A stretch of DNA of 54,197 nucleotides, filler included, from Catajapyx aquilonaris (taxonomy: Eukaryota), in NCBI GenBank assembly GCA_000934665.2. It is 2 parts of 2 records of this genome, joined end to end, with 100 filler letters (N's around TTAATTAATTAA, not from the genome) between each part and the next. Parts side by side here need not be neighbours in the genome. Positions count along the whole stretch, not along the records: positions 1 to 27,013 come from JYFJ02005129.1; positions 27,114 to 54,197 come from JYFJ02005130.1. One strand, written 5' to 3'. Positions within the stretch are counted from its first letter, which is position 1. Each line of letters opens with the position of its first letter. Below are positions 25,166-35,800 of this stretch, one piece after another. Made by a program: the position numbers and the translations under genes. The notes below the pieces were generated by a model that searched no databases, was not told the origin of the DNA, and saw only the letters and a program-made list of their open reading frames with translations.

Positions 25166-25942
25166 TCTACATGATTGATAGCTTATTTCAAATTGTAGTT
25201 ATAATATTTCTACCCTTCTCTCTGATATTGAATTTAAGGTTGCTGCCCTTGCAAACCCAACATTTGCTATTTTCATTCAGATACAACCTGAGTTTTGCCG
25301 TGACTTGGACCATTGTCCCCCATCCCACCTCCATTGGTTACCTTGTTGTGTTTCATGTGCACACGCTTGCCACCCTCAACCCCTTCGCTCTGTATTGTCC
25401 TGTCAACCTAACCCTCAACCAGAAAGGGACCCAGCTGTCCTTATGTGGCGAAAGAAGAGACTCCAGAAGAATTAAAAATTTTCTGTCAATTTTATAAGTT
25501 ACATTTCATCCCCAAGATTTCAAGAAAATTACAAATAATGTACAGTATGTATGCAATTATATCTCTGCTCTGATTTTATTTGATCACCATCAGTTAACCA
25601 AAAATTTTTTATTTATTTATCCTTCCTAAAAACATCTCGAAGCAAATATTGTGTAAATAAGCAATGCTAAGCATGACAGAATTAGTGGAAAGTAAGTTAA
25701 ATAGCCCCCCCCCCACTCCCCCCCCACCCCCCCAAAGCGTAATGTGTCTTCTGATAAGATGAAATCACTGTAATTGATTTTATTCTAATTTTCACGAAAA
25801 TATCGATATAGTATCGATAGATGGGCTAATTATTATCTATCGAGTACTCAATATATCGCTGGGGGATATATCGCTATATTGACACATCAATACTTTGTTA
25901 AAAAGACCCCTCTCTACTCCTGCGTTGCTATAGGCAAGTTTC

Positions 25943-26215
25943 GTGGGCGACACGGTGGCCGAGTGGTTAGCGCCGCAGCCTTCCACCTCTAAGGTCCCGC
26001 GTTCGATCCCCGGGTCGGACGGAGGATACTTATGTGGATAGAGTTTCGATGGGTTCTCTCCGTGTTCACGTGGGTTTTCTCGGGGTTCTCCCGTTTCCTC
26101 CCACTATCAAAATCCATCACATTACAGGCAAATGATTAAAGTCGGTTATTCAAAAGATGATCCCCTAAGAGGCCCAAGGGGCCTATCACGGGGTATCCAT
26201 TATTATTATTATATT
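25943..26215 (+). mobile_element. tRNA-derived SINE, family A, with V-SINE-like core
   Basis: A box tggccgagtgg, B box gttcgatccc, core gttctctccgtgttcacgtgggttttctcggggttctcccgtttcctccca, tail cccctaagaggcccaaggggcctatcacggggta plus (TAT)n; near-identical inverted copy at 28160-28422. Confidence 0.9.
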
Positions 26216-26373
26216 ATATCTAAGCCAAGTTTCCCTGGCAACCTGAAAAATACACAACTTGGACTGTTACTATTGTTGTAATTTTAATACACATCAAACA
26301 TTCGACAAGAGCAGAAGGTTAAATTCTCGTCCCCAACTAAATTTACTGAAGACAATCATACTCCTCTGTGAAG

Positions 26374-27013
26374 ATGACTGACGGTTCCACAGACAAAGAT
26401 AAGTGGTTTGAAAGAAGGCGTAATTTGCTTGAAGCTGTGAAGACTGTAAAGAGAGATTTAGCCGAGCTGCTCCAGAAATATTCAAGAGTAACAAAAAAAC
26501 CTTTAGAAAAGAGTGTGGCCCGGGTTTTACGCTCGTGGAACCGTGAAGGCCTACATGATACAAGGACACTACATGAAAATTTTCATTGTCGCAATACACA
26601 TCTTGAGATCATCCAAACTGCGTTCCATGGTCGACTTGCTCGCTTCCCGGAAGCTGGCCCAAGCAAGAGGTACTTGGTAAAGTCCCAAAACAAGACCGAT
26701 CTGGAAAGGGAGTCCGATGTGAACAGCCTAGATGATTCAACAACAAAATCAGAGGTGGCGAGCATGGAAAATCTGCCCACCTGTCATATTCCAGAAGTTG
26801 AGATTGTCCAAGCTGCACTCACTGACTCCCCGGAAGCTGGCAAAAGCAAGATGTACGGCTTGGAAATAGCCCAAGACAAGACAGAGCAGTCCAACCCGAC
26901 CTTCCTGCCCATGCTTCTACAAGGACCAGGTCCTGTCCATGACCAGCCCATCCAGATGTCCGAGAATGTTCTGCCTCTACAGCCTCCCAAGGCGGAATTA
27001 GTGAACCTCCACA
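26374..27013 (+). CDS. Uncharacterised ORF (>213 codons) with an internal ~35-aa repeat, truncated by the assembly gap
   Basis: Open from ATG 26374 to the N run; repeat LEIIQTAF...FPEAGPSKRYLVKSQNKTD / VEIVQAAL...SPEAGKSKMYGLEIAQDKTE. No family recognised. Confidence 0.4.
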
Positions 27014-27113
27014 NNNNNNNNNNNNNNNNNNNNNNNNNNNNNNNNNNNNNNNNNNNNTTAATTAATTAANNNNNNNNNNNNNNNNNNNNNNNNNNNNNNN
27101 NNNNNNNNNNNNN
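27014..27113. other. Artificial assembly gap/linker (44 N + TTAATTAATTAA + 44 N)
   Basis: Exactly 100 bp with a central all-frame stop linker at 27058-27069; not biological sequence. Confidence 0.97.
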
Positions 27114-28159
27114 TCTCTTTCTAGCCTGTAGCCGCGTTGCCGAATTTTCGGAAAATTCATCTTCTTGGGTTTTTTTATTATTACAATTTTACTAACATAG
27201 ATTAAAATAAATGAAAAATACTATAGTTGCAGAAATATTTTATTGGCAATTAGAAAAATTCCTAAGGAGATCGGACTGTTTTAAATGCCTTTTATATGCA
27301 AAAATGAGGCCTTGGGGGTCAGTTGCCCCCCACCGCACTAACTAAGAGTTAATTATGAAAACCACGAAACTGAGAGGAATTTGAAGGCATGCGAGGAAAT
27401 AATAATGTCCTGTGAAGAATAAGGACCAAATGAGCAAAATCGCTCAACATAGCTGTGACAAGGGTTGTTGTGTCTTGTTGTGTCAAAAATTTCATGTCAT
27501 TCTATTCAGTAATTACGGAGTTATTAGCCCCGACATTTAACATGTCAACCTCCATAAGCGCCGGGATCTTTATCCCACCCTTAAGGGAACAGCTGGGTGT
27601 TGGTGATACAGTTCTGTAAAGCAATGAGTTATTGAAGCAGTTGTTTTGTTGTAATGCTTCCAACTGATTAGTATTCATTAGTGTCATGTTGGTGCTGGTA
27701 TATAGTGACACTGATAGTTTTGGGGTGCTGCATGATTTCTTGAGGTTGGGTGCCAATGTGGTGCGGATATGTTCATGCATTGTCGGTTTTTTCATACGTG
27801 CAAACATGTATGTGCTTTTGTGAACACAAGATTGTCGGCCAAGTGACGCCTCCTGCAGGCTGGCCATTAACCACTTAAATGCAGGAATTTAATTAAATCA
27901 CAGTACATCATCACATCATGACAACAACTGAAGTGATTGTTTGAGTGTGGGTGGTCCCTGCCCTCCTGCTGTGACGTGGCCAGTGCGGTGTAGCCAGCTG
28001 ATCCTGTCTCTCCGGGAGGGAAGATTTTGGCTGGCTGACAATCGTGCGCCGCCAGTACTTTCGCATGACATATACCTTATTTACCTTCCTATATGAATAA
28101 CATTGATCAACCACTTGTGCAATGCCTTGTCTAGCCACTGCTGGGGCAAAGTCAATATT

Positions 28160-28422
28160 TTATAATGGATACCCCGTGATAGGCCCCTTGGGCCTCTTAG
28201 GGGATCATCTTTTGAATAACTGACTTTAATCATTTGCCTCCAATGTGATGGATTTTGATTGCGGGAGGAAACGGGAGAGCCCCGAGAAAACCCACGTGAA
28301 CACGGAGAGAACCCATCGAAACTCCATCCACATAAATATCCTCCATCCGACCTGGGGATCGAACTCGGGACCTTACAGGTGGAAGGCTGCGGCGCTAACC
28401 ACTGGGCCACTGTGTCGCCCAC
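28160..28422 (-). mobile_element. tRNA-derived SINE, family A, second copy
   Basis: Reverse complement of 25943-26205 with few differences; perfect 14-bp TSD gcaaagtcaatatt (28146-28159, 28423-28436). Confidence 0.92.
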
Positions 28423-28643
28423 GCAAAGTCAATATTGGGCTCATACTAACACGGAAGTAATATATTCTATTGACACTACTGATCTTTCTGCCTACTGTTT
28501 TAGCCCTGTAGATATGCGTTTGATACTCCATTGGGGGTAATATGACATGACTGTGGTACACAATGTCAAGTGTACTTGGGCAAACATTGGCTTTTTGTAG
28601 GATCTGTCAAAACCATGGCCAAAACTGTGCTGTGATGCTAATA

Positions 28644-28742
28644 CAGTAGACTCCAGATATAAGCCTTCAAGAGTCCATGGCAATCAGTCCGCTGTAACTG
28701 AGAATCTGTTTTAGCCGAAGCTGTTACATCACGAGTCAACTG
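28644..28742. mobile_element. Small pogo/Tc1-type MITE remnant
   Basis: TA-flanked cagtagactc / gagtcaactg. Confidence 0.5.
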
Positions 28743-29374
28743 TACAGTACAATCGACTACGTACAATACATACCTTCATGTGCTATCCGGCAAGTATTGT
28801 TGTGGACTAAGTGCATTTCCTTTTTGTATCCAGAGACTCGTGTCACTGGACTGCAGCATCAAGAGGTTCATTCGCAAGCTCACTATAACTGGTGCTTTCA
28901 AGTGCATTTGAGGCAGCGTAAGTGTGACTTGAGAATAAGAGTCGAAGGACAACAACTACTGGGGTTTCGGAATTGGCCTCTTGCTTACACTACGAACGAC
29001 CAATTCTCTTGAGCTTGTGAGCGCAAGTCCCGTACATGTAATGGATTTTCGAATGAGGTAATCAGGTGAAATCCGGCAATAAGTAGACCTGGGCTGACAA
29101 GGGGGTTAACTCCATTTGCATTCCTCAAGGAATTCCATTGCCATAAATCCAACCAAATACAAAACCACATTGCTTTTCCCCCCATCCCTTGCTCATCCAG
29201 GCCTCTGTTCAAGCACATGGAAAACAGCAACAGGCAATGTCTGTGTACTACACATAGTGCAACATTGTCATGTACCGGTCTCCACTGGAAAATTCCCCTG
29301 ATGAGAAGTTTTACCTTTAAACCCATCATCACAAGTGAAAGTTCCTGAGTTGTCCTATTATATGCCATTTCCAG

Positions 29375-29554
29375 AAAGTGAAGGTCCTGGAGTTCGACAG
29401 GGAAAACTTTCGCATGACGGCCAGGGGCTGGGGCGAGACCTTTGACCTGGCGAAACACCCGCAAGGCACGGAGGTCAAGGCCATCACCTACGCCAGCATG
29501 GAGGTTCATGAGTACGAGAAGAAATGCGACGTGTATGTCATTATTGACATTTGA
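29375..29554 (+). CDS. ZBTB8OS: Archease (tRNA-splicing ligase RtcB cofactor), last coding exon only
   Basis: Acceptor ccatttccag then KVKVLEFDRENFRMTARGWGETFDLAKHPQGTEVKAITYASMEVHEYEKKCDVYVIIDI*; GWGE.F...KHPQGTEVKAITY and terminal VIIDI are the archease C-terminal signature. AATAAA directly follows the stop and again near 29624. Not in the ORF track. Confidence 0.93.
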   Translation, partial: KVKVLEFDRENFRMTARGWGETFDLAKHPQGTEVKAITYASMEVHEYEKKCDVYVIIDI

Positions 29555-32067
29555 ATAAAACGTAAGACACCCAAAATCTGGTTTTCTCTTTTTTCTTTCC
29601 AATACGAATCAGTACAATGTGCAAATAAAACATGTTATTACCAACCCTGGAAAAAATAATTAAAACACAAAAGCAAAAGGAAACCAACTTATTTACACAA
29701 ATTTTTTGCCCATTTTTTCCAGCTTTAAATACATAACCCACACATAGATATTATTTATATGTATTTACAAGTGTGTTAAATCCATAACCCAATTCTCTAC
29801 CCACATTAGTTCATAGTTTCTTTAAAAAAAAATTGTGATTAAAATGACCCAGACTTAAAACAGTCCGAGAGCTGAGATTACATGATAAGACAGGGTTACG
29901 TACATACTTCATGCGCATATAAAAATTCCACCCTTGCATGTCCGAGTCGATCCTACATAATGGTCAGTGGCTTCATTACATAAATAATTAACGACTACAC
30001 TTAAATATAAAGATTATGTAACATGTGACCTACATATCCTGCCCCTCAAAAAAATGTACAAGTATATAAGACTGGAAAAGTACTCAAATTACATCACAAT
30101 CAGTCAAATCTAATTGTCTGTCGTCAAGCACGAGGGGGTGTCCAAATGGTTCCCAGATTTTCCTACAAACCTTCAACGTTGTTTTTCATATGTAAAGTGC
30201 AAAAATCAAGACAAGACTTGAGATAAAAAGCCTGGAAACCATTTCGCAACCCGTCCTCGCCAAAAATTTACCATAATCTACATTTTTTGAGTGAAAAAAT
30301 TAGCTCAAATTTTTAAATCTTCCATATCTCATGTAAATTCAATCTCTAAACTGGCATTTTCACTAAGTCAAGGCTCATAATTGAAAAATTGCTGTTTGAG
30401 CGAATGTCAATTCCTTTCCTGCAGCACTCTGCAAATGAAACAACACTGTACACTTGCAACGTCAAAACAATTATTATTATTATAGCCCCCCCCCCTCCGC
30501 ATTTTTTTCCTGAAAATTTCATTCACTTCTAGCATGTTACGAAACCAAAAGGAAACTGAGATTGTGGAGTGAGTTTTTGAGTTAAAATGACCAAAACTGC
30601 AGTTAGAAGATTTTGGTTTCGATAATAATTAACTGCATCTCCCACATTAATCTTGTGGCATGTGAAAGACAAGGGTCAGAAACGGGCCAAGGTCACAGAG
30701 CCATCATTTCGGACATCCCAGCTGGGTCAATGTACAGGTGAGTGAAACAGCCGAAATTCCAAGTGGCAAAAGCAGAACACAGTTGTTGTTGTTGTTGTTT
30801 TTTTTTTTTTTGTTTCTGACCCACGCTTGCACATGAACCAAGCATAAAAATGGAATGAAATTTTCAGCATTTTTGATACCTTTTAACAAACATCCAACCC
30901 CAAAAATGCACAGTAAAAATAAATAAATACCATGAAACTCGCGAAAAAAAAAAGAAGCTAAAAAGGCCTATCTCCCATCTTCCTGAGTGCGCAAATATAT
31001 GTTTTGTAAACTATCGTACAACATTCTTCACCACCAAAAAAACAAGAACAAATAATATTTAATAATAATAATAATTATGTTTTGTAATAGGTGACATGTT
31101 GGCGTCAGTCGTCCTTCACGTCAGACATTCCAAATGGACTCGTCTCCGTGTCCACCTTTGAAAAAGACGTGGGAACACGCTTGATTTAGTCATGCTGAGG
31201 CCAAAATGAAACGTAAGCCACCAACCCTAGAGGGGCCAGCCACAAACTGCATTATGCAGAGGGGGTGGTGGTTGGGGGGCTGAGGGAGACAAGGGGGTGG
31301 GGGGGCCAGAAAGGTGAAGAAAGTGGGGCTTACATCAGAAGAGTTCAAGCCTGACATGGCAATGGGTTGATTATGACGGAGTTTGTCGGCTGTGGTTTGA
31401 CATGACCCAGGGCAGGGTTGACAGGGATAAGCTCTGCCGTAGCCTAAGTTTATCTATCCTAATGGTCTATAATTATTATCATATATATATATATTTTTTA
31501 TACTATATTATATTATTCAACAGGTGGTGATTGAGACCCTTTTCTGTTCTGTAAAAATGGATGGTGATGGATAAAAAGAAGCAATGTGTACTCTTTTATG
31601 CCATACCACATGGGGCGAAGGAGATGCACACTATCCAGTTTATAGAAGTTGTGTTCTGTTAGCTCAAGCGCAGCTTTTGCTTAATGCTTTGGGGCGATAT
31701 TTGGTGCAACAAGTACAGCCACTAATACTGCATCCAAATCCTGGACTGATAAAAAATACATAATTTATAATAAAATAATAAAATAAAATGTACAATTAAT
31801 TTCTTGTAACATTATTATAAATTAAATAATAAAAAACATTACATCTACATAAAAGCGTACTTGAAATAAACTACAGATAGTCTACACAAGCTCTTGGGTG
31901 TGAAATCCTTGAGGGTGTTCAGAAACGGCTTTCCGTGTGTTGACAAGGGGGGTAGTGGGTCCAGGGATGGTTGCCGTCCCCCTTCCCGTCCCCCACCCTA
32001 CCACTCCCTTGCATAATTGCTTCTCTTTTTTTTATGTCTGGCCTGTGTTTGGGTAGCTCACTCTCAC

Positions 32068-32767
32068 CTGCTGCCCCCCGTAAGCTGCCTGGTGCTGGCC
32101 AAACATGGCTGCCGTGGGCTGGTACTGGGCATACGCCTGCTGGTAAGCAGCTGCCGCAGCGTAGGGAGACCAGCCAGCGTACTGCGGAGGGAGGAACCCC
32201 TGCGTCTGGTACATCGCCTGGAACGGGAAGAAGGGAAATGCACTTGAGAAGACTGCAACAGTTTCTTCCTGGCATGGGATTCATGCACCACAATTTACTC
32301 TTCTGCATGGCTTGTTCATGCCAATAAGGCCTGCAACAGGAGGTTTTCAACACACATGAACAATTCACAAAATATACCAGGGGCCATCCAACAGTTAAAA
32401 TAAACTTCCCAAAGTTTATTTTGCTCTCGAGCAACCAGCATTAACATGCAACTTTGAACCCAAGTTTACACTTCTACTCTTGCTTTTACTCTTGTTCGAG
32501 ATATCGGGCATTATTATCCTCCTTTGAAGCTAAACTTAAAAGCAATGCTGAGATTTATTTCCAACCTGCTGATGTGCCTGCTGGGCTGTTTGCGCTGAGA
32601 CCGTGCTGTGTTGCCAGATTGCCGGATTCCTCATGGTTTGGGCGTACTTGAAGGCTACCTGTTGCTGCTGGTGTTGAACCTGCTGCTGGTGCTGGTGGTG
32701 CTGGTGGTGCTGCTGCTGCATGTTTGGGGTGTAGTATAGGTGCTGCTGTGGGTGGACCTGCTGCTGT

Positions 32768-32827
<60 letters not shown>

Positions 32828-35800
32828 TGCTGCTGCTGTTGGTGCTGTTGGTGGTGCACCTGTACCTGCTGCTGTTGCTGCTGCTGCTGCTGAGGCGTAG
32901 GAGCCTGGTGGACAGGCTGGTGCTGCTGCACGTAGTAGTTCGGGGCATGGAACAACTCAGGCGTAACCGAGCTCAGCGTTGGAGACTAGAACACAGAAAA
33001 TAACAATCAAAATGTTGCTGGCACTTCACCATCACCTCATCATACAGCTGCATCCATACTCGCAGCAATTTCAGCCCAGCACATATTGCTTTTCGTATTT
33101 AAAAATCACTTTTTAATTTGACAATTGTGGGCTGGCCAAGTGACAAGTGGTTTAGGTCCAGCCCGTCATATCTGAGGCACAGAGTTTTATCCCCAGTCTG
33201 GTGATTGAATCAAATGTAAAGAGTTTTACACAGGTTTTCCCAAAGTTTTCCCACTTCCATCCTACTCTGAACATCCATCTTCAATTCAGCGACAAGTTAC
33301 TCATATTGGAACTATTAAAAGGCTCCCCTATGAGGCAGATGATTCATGCCACTTCTCTCTCAAGTACATGTCAGTTTTCTAGCAACACGTTTCCACATGC
33401 CTTGCGAACCCCCCTTTTGCAATACCTTCATCCTCTGGACATATTGTGATGCCAAGTACACCTTCCTATCCTCCTTCCGCTGCGCCAAGGCAACATACAA
33501 AGGCTTGGTGCCAACAATACGTCCGTTCATCTCAGCCACTGCCTTGTTGGCCTCCTCAGGAGATGAAAAGCACACAAAACCAAACCCTCTGGAGCGCCCG
33601 TTCTCTGTCATAATCTTGGCAGATGTTATGACCCCATAGCGAGCAAACTCCTGCTCCAGGCGGTCGTCATCTATGCTGTCATCCAAGTTCTTCACATACA
33701 GGTTGCGCTTCTCCATGCCCTTCATCAAGTCCACCTTGCTGCATGGCTTGGGTCCACCTAACGATACCCCTCCAGCCAGTGGTGGGGGAAGAGGAGATGA
33801 GCTGGTGTCCACATCGCCAATCAGGTGGGAAGAGGCGAGATGGGCAGAGGAGGGGCACGGCTCCACATTCAGCAGCTGCAAGGGTCAAGTGTTAATACTG
33901 AAAATTCCAACTAGATGGGAATGCCAGGAGGCTTAGAAAAGTGCTCACTTTTCCATTAAGCTCCCTCCCATTCATCTCAGCCACGGCCTTCTCTGCAGAG
34001 TCCCCTTCAGCAAAGGTGACCACCCCTACTCTTCCCCCAACGCCCATCTCATCCTCGTAGACCTGTAAGAGAGAGACTGGTGTGACAAAACTCCTGATAC
34101 AAGAGCCGCTTCAACACTTACCTTGTGACCGGTGATGTGGCCAAACTTCTGGAACATCTCTGTGAGCTTATCCTCGTCCCAGTCTTCCTCCATGTCCCTC
34201 ACCCTGACTTCCGTGAAGGTGGACCCCGCAGCCGCCCCATTGTTGCCATTGTTGCTGGATCCCATCACCGCCAGCATCATGCCTCCCCCTCCCCTGGCCT
34301 GCTGGGCTTCTCTCTCCTTCCTCGGTATGAAGATCCCAACGTACAGCTTCTTTCCATTCATGATCATCCCATTCGCCTTGTCAATGGCATTCTGTGCTTC
34401 TGCCTCGTTTGAGAAGTTCACAAACCCATAGCCTTTGCACACACCACTCTCGTCTTTTGCAACCTGCCAAGACAATCACATTCATTACAAATTTAAAATG
34501 GTCGGCAAACAACAGTCAACATTTTGATTCCTTGACAAAATCTGTGACTTTGATTGGCAAGCAAAATAACATGACCCACCTTGTAGCTGAATATGTTTCC
34601 GTATGCGTGGAAGGTTTGGTAGAGCATGGCATCGGTCATCCCCTTGTCAAGGTTCTTGATGAAAACATTGCTTCCCGATGTCTTTGATGGGTCACCCAGG
34701 GGACGTAGGACTCGCATGGGTTTGTCCTTCATATCTGACCCATCCAGTGTACTTATGGCCTTTTGGGCTGTGGATGTGAAAAGGTTTCAAATCATCGTCA
34801 TCACATCTCACTCCACATTGGTTCTTATTCGCATATCAAGTGCAATAATAATTGTGGATACACTCTAAAAACCACTGCGTAACCTATGCATGCAGTATCT
34901 CCCTCCATCACCTCCATCCACTCTCCTTACAGCTTCCACGGCCTTAGTTGGCTAGGCTTATTTGACGAACATCAAACCAGAACTATCTTCATCGTAGTAA
35001 ATTATCAGAGCGCCAAAAATACTTTTAGTACATGAGCCTACCTAGATATTTTACTGCATCATATGCTCATAAAAGGAGAGATAGGATGGATTCACGTCAA
35101 AACCAGTCCTGCATTGTCATAAATGTCTGGCTTCCGACTAGGCTGCTATGGAAATTGTGCCATTTCAAATTATCTGAAACTGTTAAAGTGGAATTGGCAA
35201 CATATTTTCTTATTCATGACACCACCAACACTGTCGGATATGTGGAAATTGTCACCAATGCAAGTCCAAGAACTACGGTACCTATCACGATGGCACATGT
35301 ACAAGAATGAGGACAACACCCTTTGAGATATCCACTGTGCGTTTAAAAAAACAAACATGTGCTTGTAAGAGTGAAAAAACACAAGACACACATGAAACTA
35401 TGTCTGGAATGCAATAATGCACTAGAAGAATTCTGAAACAATGATAGTGGTATCCTTATCACAACAGATTTTGTTACTCATGAAAAGGCTTGCATCATCT
35501 TTCTACATTTTTCGCTGATTTACTAGGCAAAAGCAGATATTGCTCTCCAAAATGAAGGCATACACTTGCGATGCCGTGAAGCCAACAGCGGCTCAAATCC
35601 GCCTGTCAGATTTCACGAGTGCTGCTCACTTGAAATAGAAAAAAGGAGCTACCTTAATACACCACAAAAGCTTGCCCTGCCCTCTGGATGCGCAATGATG
35701 TGCCCAGAGTGTAAATCACTGAGGCTTCCCTATCTGTTCATTTTGCATAATTTTTGTTACACCATTTCATCACATGCTGCCTCCTGATAATGCCCCGCGA

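Noticed and set aside
25943..26016. tRNA gene
   Set aside because: tRNA-like head continues into SINE core and tail and is duplicated with a TSD; same for heads near 4150, 20065, 23385, 25165, 28422.
27058..27069. TTAATTAATTAA palindrome / stop for the 26368 ORF
   Set aside because: Synthetic linker centred in a 100-bp N gap.
28985..29602. 205-aa minus-strand ORF
   Set aside because: Largely the antisense shadow of the archease exon; no recognisable domain.
32655..33003. Poly-Ser and poly-Leu ORFs
   Set aside because: Alternative frames and strand of the CAG/CAA repeat; the polyQ frame is the one in phase with the spliced gene.
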